NCBI GenBank assembly: GCA_963790475.1
Contig: CAWBOS010000015.1
Span: 320,001 to 384,000, forward strand
From: an uncultured delta proteobacterium
GTDB taxonomy: Bacteria > Desulfobacterota > RBG-13-43-22
Reading direction: 5' to 3'
Length of the DNA: 64,000 nucleotides
The notes under the pieces were generated by a model that did no database searches, was not told the DNA's origin, and saw only the letters and a list, made by a program, of their open reading frames with translations. A program made the translations under genes and the position numbers. Below, in pieces: positions 31,578-41,343 of this stretch (its first letter is position 1; the number at the start of each line of letters is the position of its first letter).

Positions 31578-32888
31578 TTACTCTTCCGCAAGAACTTCAG
31601 AGACAGGAGAGGGAGATCGGACTGGCTCCGGTTCCGTTCTCTCTTGGACTTGGGGCATAGTCAATATGGCGGCTAAGGCTAATATCCCCAAGGCGACTAA
31701 AACAGCCCACCAGGCTTTATAAGTATGATAGGTGTCAAAAATCCATCCGGCCAGGGGCGGGGAGATAATGTTTCCTGCGGCAATAAAAACACTCGTCAGG
31801 CCGAATATGGTCCCGAAGTTTTTGATGCCAAAATACTCCGCTAAGATTGGGGCCCTGAGAGGCATGACCCCGCTTACTCCGAAACCATAGGGGATAGCAA
31901 ATAACAATATGAACCAGAGCGGACTCGCCCCGTTCATTTGATTATAAAAGAGCAGGCCGATAATCAGCAAGACGATAGAGAAGGCAATCACATAGCTCTT
32001 TCTGAAAATGTCAGCCAACATGCCGAAGGGTACACGTCCAAAAAGGCTGAAAAAAGTGTACAGCATTATGGTGGTGCCGGCGGTCTTTCTGGTCATGCCC
32101 AGGTTGGTCAGGTAGGGTATGGCGTACAGCATGACGGTGCTCAGGGTGGCATTTTGGAATAAAGTCACCACGGCCAAATGCCAGAAAGCCCGCATCTTAA
32201 GCGCTTCTTTGACACTGGTGCCGAAATCAGCAGCGGGGGGGGATTCAGACTTGTCGGGTTTATTGGGAGTCTTTCCATCCGGCTCTAATCCATAATCAGC
32301 GGGACGACTTCGGAAGATAAATGACAGCGACAGGCCAAGTACCAAAAAACCAATGGCCGTATATAGAAGAGTGGTCCGCCAGCTTAATTTGTCAATCAGG
32401 GTTACCACTAAAGGAACTGCCACCCCACCTACTCCCGTCCCCATAAAGAACAGTCCATTGGCCTTGCCGATATCCTTCCTGAACCACCTGGATATCACCA
32501 CCAGAGGGAGCATCCCGGTAACAAGGGAACTGCCCACGCCGGCTAAAAGGAACCCGAGATAGTACATCGCTAAATGGTGCATTTGGCTCAGGATAAATAG
32601 TCCCAGGGAAGCACAAACCACACCGATTCTCATGAGACTTTTGGGAGAGTAGCGGTCAACCGCAGGCCCCCAGAGGGGATTGAATACCCCTATCTCAAGA
32701 CTGCGAAGGGAAGAAGCCAGGGATACTTGAGCCATGCTCCAGCCAAAGGTGGCGATCATCGGACCGACGAAAGCGGTCCATCCGTAGCCGACGATCGAAC
32801 TGAAAACAAAACTCAGCACCGCGCCTGAAATGACTATATACCAGCCATAAAACAACTTTGGCTTCACGTTTAATACCCTCTCAATCAC
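31578..32888 (-). CDS. MFS transporter
   Basis: About 12 TM segments; FYGW start; G.AVDRY and GMLADIF loop motifs. Confidence 0.92.
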   Translation of the reverse strand: MIERVLNVKPKLFYGWYIVISGAVLSFVFSSIVGYGWTAFVGPMIATFGWSMAQVSLASSLRSLEIGVFNPLWGPAVDRYSPKSLMRIGVVCASLGLFILSQMHHLAMYYLGFLLAGVGSSLVTGMLPLVVISRWFRKDIGKANGLFFMGTGVGGVAVPLVVTLIDKLSWRTTLLYTAIGFLVLGLSLSFIFRSRPADYGLEPDGKTPNKPDKSESPPAADFGTSVKEALKMRAFWHLAVVTLFQNATLSTVMLYAIPYLTNLGMTRKTAGTTIMLYTFFSLFGRVPFGMLADIFRKSYVIAFSIVLLIIGLLFYNQMNGASPLWFILLFAIPYGFGVSGVMPLRAPILAEYFGIKNFGTIFGLTSVFIAAGNIISPPLAGWIFDTYHTYKAWWAVLVALGILALAAILTMPQVQERTEPEPVRSPSPVSEVLAEE

Positions 32889-32955
32889 TTTTATTTAATT
32901 TTTTTCAAATCAGACCTTTTGTAAAAGCCGAACACCGAAAGGTTTTGACCGGGAC

Positions 32956-33207
32956 TCAAACTCCGGCATTCCCGTTTAATTTGATGCCATGCAGACTTCC
33001 CCAAGGCACCCTGCTCTCTGTTTCCGCTAATTCTTTAGGACCTTCTATCAAGGAAGAATCATAGTAATATTCGTCTTTAATGACGTTTAACAGGATAATT
33101 TCTTCAGTACCCAGCTCTTTTAATTCTTTTACATATTCCAGAGCCTTCATGGATACGGTGGAAAAGTCCGTAGGGAATAAAACCTTTTTGAACATTTTTT
33201 CTTTCAT
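32956..33207 (-). pseudogene. Universal stress protein, 3'-truncated
   Basis: MFKKVLFPTDFS..S.KAL start; no C-terminal GS...GS motif. Confidence 0.7.
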
Positions 33208-33275
33208 TGCTTCCCCCCTTTTGAAAAAGAACACGTTTTGACTCTTTCCCTGCGTTGCCAAAAGTTTAACTCAAA

Positions 33276-33370
33276 GGTCGTCGGTGCAAACAGGGTTTGA
33301 TTTTCTATTAAATCCCGTCGCCGTATATGGGAAGGCTTTCCTGTAATTTTCCCAACTTCAACGCCGGCGG
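33276..33370 (-). ncRNA. Candidate structured leader RNA (riboswitch-like)
   Basis: Two tandem hairpins UGGGAA/UUCCCA and GACGGG/CCUGUU upstream of the USP gene; family not verified. Confidence 0.35.
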
Positions 33371-33718
33371 TTCTTAAGGCGAAAATCGGATGGATTGGAT
33401 CAAAATTTTAATGGGGGAGCCCGGTAGCTAAAAAATGACAAAAATGAAGAAATTTCAAAGGGCGCTTTTTCAAAAATTTCATCAAAATAAAAACCAGTTA
33501 TTAATCTTAGAGTTCGGAAAAATTATTGTCATCGAACGCCCGATCATAAAAACCTGTAGCCAGAATGCAAAACAGGACAAAAATTAAAAATAGAATTCCT
33601 TCCCTTTTTCCTCTGATCATTGACGCCAATCTCTTTACAAAAATATAATAAAGATATAATAATATTGAATAAGCTTTTTGTCAACACAGGTTGTCCCCAA
33701 TATGAAAGGAGCGAAAAA

Positions 33719-34858
33719 ATGGACTTTGAATTGACCGAAGAACTAAGAATGTTAAAAGAAATGGCTTACAAATTTGCCCTCACCGAATTCAAACCCGTTT
33801 CACAGGAATGCGATGAAAAGGAAAAGTACACACCGGAGATCCGGAAAAAGGCCGGGGAAAACGGGCTGGTCGGCTCTTGGATCCCGGAAGAGTATGGGGG
33901 GGCCGGGGCCGGTATCCTGGGCAATGCTATCATCACTGAAGAATTCTCCAAGATCGACATGGGCATAGGGCTGAATATCGTGGCTGCCAGTTTCGGCTGT
34001 GAATCCATCTTGCACTATGGAACGGAAGAACAAAAAAAGACCTATCTGCCCCTGGTCTGCTCGGGCGAAAAAGTCTCTGCCGGGGCCTATACCGAGCCCA
34101 ATGCCGGCACCGATGTGGCGGGGTACAAGACCAAGGCGGTTAAAGACGGCGGGGATTATATCATCAATGGGAACAAGATGTTCATCACCAACGGATCGGT
34201 CTGTGATTTCATGGTGGCCCAGTGCATCACCAATCCACAGGAGAAGAAACACAACAGCTTCAGCCTCATCATTGTTCCGGCCGATGCCAAAGGGATAAGC
34301 CGAAATAAGATCAAAGGGAAAATGGGGATTCGCTCCAGTGATACGGCCGAGATCGCCTTTGAAGACGTTCGGGTTCCTCAGATCAACCTTTTGGGCATAG
34401 AAGGACGGGGTTTTATGGAGCTGATGCACTTTTTTGATACCACACGGGTTATGATAGCCGCCCAGGGTCTGGGACTCAGCGAGGCCTGTCTGGAAGCAAG
34501 CATCCGCTATGTCAAGGAGAGGACTGTTTTTGGGGCTCCTTTGGGGACCTTTCAACTTACCCAAAAGAAATTGACGGAAATGGCCATCATGATCGAAGCC
34601 CTGCGGGGTTTGGCTTACAAGGCGGCCTGGTTGATTGATGTGGGTCGCCCCGATTATCATCTGGCGGCCATGGCCAAATTTTTCAGCGGTCAAACCGCGG
34701 TCTTTTGTGCTAATTACGCCGTAGAGCTTCATGGCGGGTATGGCTATATCGAGGAATATCCCGTTCAAAAATGGTATCGCGACGCCAAGATTCTGGAGAT
34801 TTACGAAGGGACCAAAGAAGCGGAAATTATGACCATCGGCCGCAAGTTGCAGGCCTGA
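33719..34858 (+). CDS. Acyl-CoA dehydrogenase
   Basis: TEPNAGTD, GNKMFITNG, HGGYGY and IYEGT motifs; start MDFEL after SD AAGGAG. Confidence 0.95.
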   Translation: MDFELTEELRMLKEMAYKFALTEFKPVSQECDEKEKYTPEIRKKAGENGLVGSWIPEEYGGAGAGILGNAIITEEFSKIDMGIGLNIVAASFGCESILHYGTEEQKKTYLPLVCSGEKVSAGAYTEPNAGTDVAGYKTKAVKDGGDYIINGNKMFITNGSVCDFMVAQCITNPQEKKHNSFSLIIVPADAKGISRNKIKGKMGIRSSDTAEIAFEDVRVPQINLLGIEGRGFMELMHFFDTTRVMIAAQGLGLSEACLEASIRYVKERTVFGAPLGTFQLTQKKLTEMAIMIEALRGLAYKAAWLIDVGRPDYHLAAMAKFFSGQTAVFCANYAVELHGGYGYIEEYPVQKWYRDAKILEIYEGTKEAEIMTIGRKLQA

Positions 34859-34890
34859 TTGTTTTGAATAGTAGATTGCAGGTTGGACCG

Positions 34891-34931
34891 GATGGCCCGG
34901 ACCATTTCCAATAAAAATGGTCCGGGCCATC
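34891..34931. terminator. 17-bp stem hairpin between convergent genes
   Basis: GATGGCCCGGACCATTT / AAATGGTCCGGGCCATC; no clear U tract. Confidence 0.6.
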
Positions 34932-35096
34932 AAACAGGTTTCCGCAGGAGGGGAGTCTATACTGTGGGACTTTTAAATTGACCCATAGGCTGTTAACCAT
35001 ATTAAAAACTTTTGACGAATTTGCGTATCGGGGGAAACAGACTATCCAACGTACCCTTTAGCAGTATTCGGCCCCTCCCGGTAAGGAAATCTCCGG

Positions 35097-35969
35097 CTAT
35101 TTTCCCAAGATCTCTTTCAGAAATTTCTTAAGCTCATCCCAGGATTGTTTGTCGGCCTGGGCGTTGTATCCGATGGGCATGTTAAACTTTTTCGCTAAGG
35201 CATCGGCTTCAGGATTGGTAAAGCTGTGTAAGGCCCCCGGATAGGTGATAAACTGGAAATCGGCACCGGCAGCGGCCATTTCTTTCTTAAAGGCCTCAAT
35301 CTGTTCCGGGGTGGAAAACTTATCGTCTCCGCCATGGAGGACCAGGATCCTGGCTTTGATTGAGCCCGGTTGAGCCGGCTTAACAGCGCTTAAATTTCCG
35401 TGAAAGCTGGCCACTCCTCTTAGATTAACCCCTTGCCGGGCCATATTGAGGACAATGCCGCCTCCGAAACAATAGCCGATTGCCGCCATCCGGATGGTAT
35501 CGACCGTGGGCTGCTTTTTAAGGAAATCCATCCCGGCCAGAAAACGCGCCTTGGCCAGGTCGAAATTCTTCATCAAGGCCGATGAAAATTTTTGAGCGTC
35601 CTCAGGATGGGCCGCCACCCGGTCCCCCCCATACATATCCAGGGCCAGCGCCGTATATCCCAGTTCGGCCAGCATGCGGGCCCGCATCCGCACATAATCA
35701 TTGAGCCCCCACCACTCATGGACCACTAGCACGGCCGGTCGCCGTCCTTGGATGTTCTTATCATAGGCCAGATAACCGATCATCTCCACACCACCGGCGG
35801 TGTAGCGGACATTCGACCCTTCGATTTTAGGCTGGGCCACGGCTTGCCCTATGATTCCTAACAACAAAAAGAAAACAAAGAAAACGGTGGTGATAATCAA
35901 TATTTTTTTCATCGCACCATCTTCGACTTCATCATTAAATCCTAACCATTTAACTTTTTGATAAAACAT
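35097..35969 (-). CDS. Dienelactone hydrolase family protein with signal peptide
   Basis: HEWWG, GYCFGG and HSFTNP motifs; true start likely MKKIL near 35912. Confidence 0.92.
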   Translation of the reverse strand: MFYQKVKWLGFNDEVEDGAMKKILIITTVFFVFFLLLGIIGQAVAQPKIEGSNVRYTAGGVEMIGYLAYDKNIQGRRPAVLVVHEWWGLNDYVRMRARMLAELGYTALALDMYGGDRVAAHPEDAQKFSSALMKNFDLAKARFLAGMDFLKKQPTVDTIRMAAIGYCFGGGIVLNMARQGVNLRGVASFHGNLSAVKPAQPGSIKARILVLHGGDDKFSTPEQIEAFKKEMAAAGADFQFITYPGALHSFTNPEADALAKKFNMPIGYNAQADKQSWDELKKFLKEILGK

Positions 35970-36316
35970 TTCGGATTCCCTCCAATCTTTTTATTTTAAC
36001 CCCTCAGGCCCTCGATAGGGCGCCAACGAAGGATGAAAATGGACTGACGGCGAACGTTGAACTTTGAACACTGAATAGCATTTTCTATAATCAGGCTATT
36101 GACTTTTAGGCTTTTATTTGATTTTTTATTTTATTAGCAATGAATACCTATTGGGAATAGGGGAAAGAAGGTATTTTTATGGAGAAAAGTCTGTATTTGA
36201 AAAGCGTTTTTGCGGAAGGCAGGAGATCCCTGGATCGAAGTGTCAAGAGGCAATCCCGCAGTTATTAATGGTCTCATAGTAGTTTTGACATGAAACGTTT
36301 TAGTTCGCATTAGCTT

Positions 36317-36535
36317 AAGGACCGAGGGGTTTTATTTTTGGGGTTGTCCACCTTGAACCTGGAGCCTTCTTTGACGGGCCAATTATTTAATCCCGTTGGC
36401 GGGACAGGCCTTCACCAGTGCACAAAACAGGCTGCTGTGTATGCCCTGCCTCAAATTAAACTTCGCTGGACTGGCCGGGATAGGGCGATAAGTTACCTTT
36501 TGGACAAACCCCAAAAATAAAACCCCTCGGTCCTT
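36317..36535. repeat. 219-bp element bounded by a 34/35-bp inverted repeat
   Basis: AAGGACCGAGGGGTTTTATTTTTGGGGTTGTCCA / TGGACAAACCCCAAAAATAAAACCCCTCGGTCCTT. Confidence 0.8.
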
Positions 36536-36700
36536 TTTAGTCGATATTACTTTGAGACCCTTAATAATTGGAGGCCGCACCCTTCACTGCCTTAGCAAAA
36601 GCTTGGTCGTCTCCGATGAATGAGAAATGAAAGATAGGAAAGGTTTTTGAAACTAAACCAATTTCAAAAACCTTTCAAGTAGTTAATCATAAAAAATCGG

Positions 36701-37822
36701 TCATTTGAACTTGGCCAGTTCAGCGGCCACATCTTTCATGCGCTCCGGAATTTCAATCTTCTGGGGGCATTTATCCAGACATTCGCCGCATTCTATGCAA
36801 AATTCCGCCGCCTCTTCATCGGGGACCAGGCGTTTGTGGTAGAGCTGGACAAAACCGTCCTTGAAATTCTGCTGCGACCCGTAAATCCGGATGTAGTTCA
36901 GGAGCAGCAAATTGGTGGGAATATCCACCTTGCTGGGACAGGGCATGCAGTAGCTGCAGCCGGTGCAGTACAGATCTTCAAGACCTTTAATCTGGCCCAG
37001 CATGGCGTTTATATCTTCACCTTCGATCTGAGACAGGGGCTCGTCATGATCAGCAATCCTTACGTTTTCCTCGATCATTTCCATGGTGTTCATGCCGGAC
37101 AGGGCAGCCCCCACATTGGGATTTGAAAAAACGAATCTTAAACAAAGGTCGGCCAGACTTCTTCCTTCCCTGGGTTTGAGTTGACTCAAGAAGGTGATCC
37201 GGCCTCCGCCCACCGGTCCCATGACGGTGACCCCCATTCCTTTTTCCACAGCCCTGGCGATGGCGGATTCGTTGTACCGGTGCAGAAGATTATACTGAAC
37301 CAGCATGGATTCAAATTCACCGGTATCGATGATTTTCATGATATTGGCAGGAGTGTCGTGGCATGAAAAGCTGATATGCCGGATCAGCCCTTCTTTTTTG
37401 GCCTTTCGCAAGTCGTCCATATAGCCTTTGGGCTCGGCCTTATGCTGATAAACGTTCCAGTTCAGCCCGTGGATGTGATAGAAATCAATATAGTCGGTCT
37501 TGAGTTTTTTAAGCTGAAGATCCAGTCTTTTTCGATATTCCGCCGGCTCTGTATTCATAGGGTTTTTGGTGGAGACATAGAGCCCGCTCCGATCTCTTCC
37601 TGTAATGGCTTCTCCAACAGCCCTCTCGCTGGTTTCATTCAGATAAGCCCAGGCCGTGTCGACATAATTTATACCGGAATCCAGTCCTTTCTGAATCATG
37701 GGGACACTTTTGTCCAGATCCACCTGCTGGTTTTCACCCTCACCCATCATGGGCAGCCGCATGGCCCCGAATCCCAGAATGGAAACTCTTGCTCCGGTAT
37801 TTCCGAATTTTCGGTATTTCAT
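36701..37822 (-). CDS. Aldo/keto reductase with C-terminal 4Fe-4S domain
   Basis: LGFGAMR, DTAW.Y, CTGCSYC..CP and CIECGEC...CP motifs. Confidence 0.93.
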   Translation of the reverse strand: MKYRKFGNTGARVSILGFGAMRLPMMGEGENQQVDLDKSVPMIQKGLDSGINYVDTAWAYLNETSERAVGEAITGRDRSGLYVSTKNPMNTEPAEYRKRLDLQLKKLKTDYIDFYHIHGLNWNVYQHKAEPKGYMDDLRKAKKEGLIRHISFSCHDTPANIMKIIDTGEFESMLVQYNLLHRYNESAIARAVEKGMGVTVMGPVGGGRITFLSQLKPREGRSLADLCLRFVFSNPNVGAALSGMNTMEMIEENVRIADHDEPLSQIEGEDINAMLGQIKGLEDLYCTGCSYCMPCPSKVDIPTNLLLLNYIRIYGSQQNFKDGFVQLYHKRLVPDEEAAEFCIECGECLDKCPQKIEIPERMKDVAAELAKFK

Positions 37823-37994
37823 TTTTTTAACTCCTTTTCCTGTGTTACTGTTAAGTGCTAAACGGCAGATGCCATCGACGGATGGATAGGGGTGATAATC
37901 CCTTTTATCGTTCTCAACCTGTCATAACAATAGCTAAGGTATCATAGCCATGGCAACATAAATATTATAGACTAATTTTGCCTCCCGGTAATCT

Positions 37995-39589
37995 TTATGT
38001 CCTGGGAATAACCGGCAGCAGCAAATGTGAGTTGAACGATCCTCCGGTGTGGATCGAGTTGGTACCGCTCCGAATGCGATCTCTGGGGTCCGCGTGAATA
38101 AAGTAAAATCCCGTGGAATCATCATCCTTCGATCCGACTTCAAGTACCAGCCGATCCCCCGGTTCAAACACAATGCTGGTGGGCCAAATCTCAATCTCAA
38201 CCGTAAGAACCTCCCCGGACTTTACTTTCTGAAGTTCATCGTGAGTATGGTAGGGGCGATAAGGTTTTGAACGCTGGGGGTCCAGTTTTCGATGAGAAAC
38301 CCGCAACCAGCCATAAGCGGCAGCCACCACACTCCCCGTAGGGCTCGGCCCTACAAAAGTCACTTCTTTCCCGTCAGGTCCGAATTTGCGAAGGATAACG
38401 AACAGGTCGGCGTCATCAATGCTTGAAGACACCCAAAGGTGGAGATTGATGGGGCCGGTGATCTCGGTATCTTGCTCAAAAGGGGCCGTTGAAAAGGTGA
38501 CCCGCGTTTTCGCGGCATCCGGGTCCCCTTCAAAGTTGACCGAGTTTTCCTCTTTGGGCTGCTTGGTTACCAGAGAACTTTTGGAGGCATCGAGATAATA
38601 TTCCGTCCAATGGGTCCTGGCAATAGGCCACTCGTTTTCGTAACGCCACACATAGCGGTCATGGCCGTAGCGGATGGCCAGCTTGACCGGAGGCTCCCGG
38701 GTAATGCCAGTATCGGTACTTTTCAGCCATTGCTCCAGGAATCTCTTTTGCGTCAAACGCCCTTCGAGCGAATAGAAAGGGCCGACATGGTCGCCGACAT
38801 GGATTTGCAGATATTTGTTTTTTGAACCGGCCCCGACATAACCCTCGACATTCCCTCTCAAGTGAAGGCCGGCCCCCCCCAGTTGCCGGCAGATAACAGC
38901 GGCACCTGAATATCGGCAATATTAGGGTTATTCTGCTCCAGGGCCGGGGTTAAAAGCTCAGGATAAATGGGGGGCAGGTCCTGCCTAATGGGCTCGTCGA
39001 CAGGCTCTTTGCCTTTATCGGACCGATATTTACTGACATTTTTTGCCCAGGCTTGAGTGAAACCGCTGGAGTATATACCTCCATGGCGATTGGCGTCGCG
39101 GTAACCGTCAGCCGCCCCCTCCCAGGGGACAATGGCCGCCAGGTGAGGCGGCTGCAGAGCCGCCACTCGCCAGGAATTCATGGCGAAATAGGAAACCCCC
39201 ATCACCGCCACTTTTCCGTTGCTCCACTCCCGGGTCCCGGCCCATTCCACAGCATCATAGAAGTCCTCGGCCTCCTGACGGGAAAGCACGCTAAGCCTTC
39301 CGGGTGATTTTCCGGAACCCCGGGCATCGATGCGAATGACCACATATCCCTGGGGCACCCACCATTCCGGATTCACCGTTTCCCAGTGCATGTAGGGGCC
39401 TTTTTCCTTTAGGTTGGCATAGGCGTCGGGGACCCATTTGCTGAAATGAATATCCTTGGGATAAGGGCCCAGGGTCATGATAACCGGAAATTTGCTTGAA
39501 TCCGCCGGACGAAAGACGTTGGCAATGAGGTTAGCGCCGTCCCGGATTTTGATGGATACATCCTTTTCAACGATGAGTTGATAAAACAT
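37995..39589 (-). pseudogene. CocE/NonD family hydrolase, split by a single-base frameshift in a G8 run
   Basis: GVSY nucleophile motif in the 5' ORF; adding one G at 38873-38880 restores GNWGGAGLHLRGN and joins the two ORFs. Confidence 0.88.
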
Positions 39590-39622
39590 AACCTGTTTCT
39601 CCTTTATACCGAGGATAGATTC

Positions 39623-40150
39623 TTACAAGCGCAAGGAAACCTTTCTAATCGTTTTTGCCTGGAGTCCGCGGCTTACCTTTTCCAGAAGCTTGATCAAAAC
39701 CAGTTGTTCTTTTTCAGTCAGATTCGGCACCAAAAGCCCAAGCTCACCCGTATAATAAGGCAAAAAAGCGTCTAATCGTTTACGACCTTTATCCGTCAGT
39801 CGAACCACCAACTTTCGACGATCCCCTTTATGTTGAAGACGTTGTATATGTCCATCCTTGGCCAGGGTATCCAATAACCCGGTCATCGTCGCCCGGGTTA
39901 CCCCTATTTTTTCGGATAACCCGGAGGGGGTAACCTCTTCCTCCGGATCGCGATTAAGTACCGCAATGATCAAAAATCCGCCTTGAGACAAACCGGCCTT
40001 CCTGAAAAGTTTATCCGCCATGACCAGCAGGTCACTGCCGGTGCGAAGCAACATGAGACAAGACCTCATGGCCGATGGTTTAAGAGTCGGATAGCGGTCC
40101 TTCAATAAGGATAGTGTGTTCAACGTTGGGATATCTCGCAATAGAAACAT
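39623..40150 (-). CDS. MarR family transcriptional regulator
   Basis: GVTRATMTGLLD.L and DRRK..V.LT..G motifs. Confidence 0.92.
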   Translation of the reverse strand: MFLLRDIPTLNTLSLLKDRYPTLKPSAMRSCLMLLRTGSDLLVMADKLFRKAGLSQGGFLIIAVLNRDPEEEVTPSGLSEKIGVTRATMTGLLDTLAKDGHIQRLQHKGDRRKLVVRLTDKGRKRLDAFLPYYTGELGLLVPNLTEKEQLVLIKLLEKVSRGLQAKTIRKVSLRL

Positions 40151-40174
40151 CGGCCTTCACTCCTGGGCTATTTG

Positions 40175-40188
40175 ATTAGTCCACTAAT
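40175..40188. promoter_or_regulatory. Putative MarR operator
   Basis: Palindrome ATTAGT-CC-ACTAAT about 25 bp upstream of the MarR gene. Confidence 0.55.
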
Positions 40189-40448
40189 TATCTGTGGCCT
40201 TATTATAAATGTCAATAATCTTTTTAGACCGAGTTTTGAATTTCAAGGTACCGTATCGAAGCCCAAAACCCCCCTTGACACTCAGGTTCCTCGTTCTTAT
40301 AATTTTAAAAGAAAGCAGAAATTTCTTATCAGCTTTATCCAAACTCTTTTTAAAATTACCCGCTGTAAACAATGAATTAGGCAGATCAGCCAACAAATAG
40401 GAAACAAATCTTTTTAAAGGTTAATTTTTTCAAAAGGAGGAACGAAAC

Positions 40449-40955
40449 ATGGCATCTCCAGAAGGCGCGAAATTGGCGCAATTGATTCGGGAGAAGGTGG
40501 CAGAAATGAACCGGCTTTGTAAGGGATTGGACGAGGGCACGGCCTCCCGGGCTCCCGAGGGAAGATGGACTCCCAAGGAGATCATCTCCCATCTGTCCGG
40601 TCCTGAAGGCATCGGTTATGGGCCGGCCCTCCAGGCCATCCTGAAGCAGGATACTCCCCTAATAGAGATTGAAGCTGCCAACCCCTATTATACGGGGAAG
40701 CGCCCCCAAATGAAATTTTCTGAACTTTTATCCGAGCTTCAAAGAGAATACGGCCGAATGGCGGACGTGGTCGAATCTTTATCCGATGAGCAGTTGGCCC
40801 GGAAGGCCCATGTCCCCTTATTCAAGGATTTACCAATAGGAGAATATCCGACCCTGATGGTGTTTGTTCAGGCCTTAGCCGGATATCACATGGGTGATCA
40901 TCTCAACCACATGAAGGAGATTCTCCAAGGTCTGGGGGTCGCCCTTCCCTCTTAA
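40449..40955 (+). CDS. DinB-like family protein
   Basis: WTPKEIISHL motif and C-terminal H...H...H. Confidence 0.8.
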   Translation: MASPEGAKLAQLIREKVAEMNRLCKGLDEGTASRAPEGRWTPKEIISHLSGPEGIGYGPALQAILKQDTPLIEIEAANPYYTGKRPQMKFSELLSELQREYGRMADVVESLSDEQLARKAHVPLFKDLPIGEYPTLMVFVQALAGYHMGDHLNHMKEILQGLGVALPS

Positions 40956-41202
40956 AGGTCACGATAATCCCCCTAATTAACCCTGTCCGCTTCAAGCGGG
41001 CCAAAGCGGATAGGGACTTTTATAGAAGGAGATAGGGATAAGTCCGGTCGGGCTTGGAGTTGATCGTTAGCCTTTTCCTGGAAGGAAACATTCGTTCTAA
41101 GCTGCACGTCTAAAATGGAGGAGACCGGCATCACCCCTGGGGCCTCATCCTGCGAGACTAAGGGGACTTAGTTTATTGTAAAAGTAATCGTTTTCCATGG
41201 TT

Positions 41203-41242
41203 GTCATTCCGGACTTGATCCGGAATCCAGTCTTTTCAACCT
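41203..41242. repeat. REP-like palindrome, left part (interrupted by the IS)
   Basis: GTCATTCCGGACTTGATCCGGAATCCAG...; pairs with 42775-42799. Confidence 0.85.
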
Positions 41243-41343
41243 AGACATAATGGCTGACAATTAAAAAAGCGACCTGCCCCTTATCGTCGTGGGTTATATT
41301 AGGGAGTGATCCCAATACAGAGCCAAGAATAAGGAGGCAGGTC

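Noticed and set aside
31462-31722. 86-aa plus-strand ORF
   Set aside because: Antisense to the MFS 3' end and made of duplicated repeat sequence
33800-34933. 377-aa antisense ORF
   Set aside because: Shadow of the acyl-CoA dehydrogenase gene
38858-38861. TGA in the CocE gene as possible selenocysteine
   Set aside because: The downstream part is in a different frame, so this is a frameshift and not read-through
41045-41075. GAGTTGATCGTTAGCC as a second attC end
   Set aside because: No matching left box or paired arms
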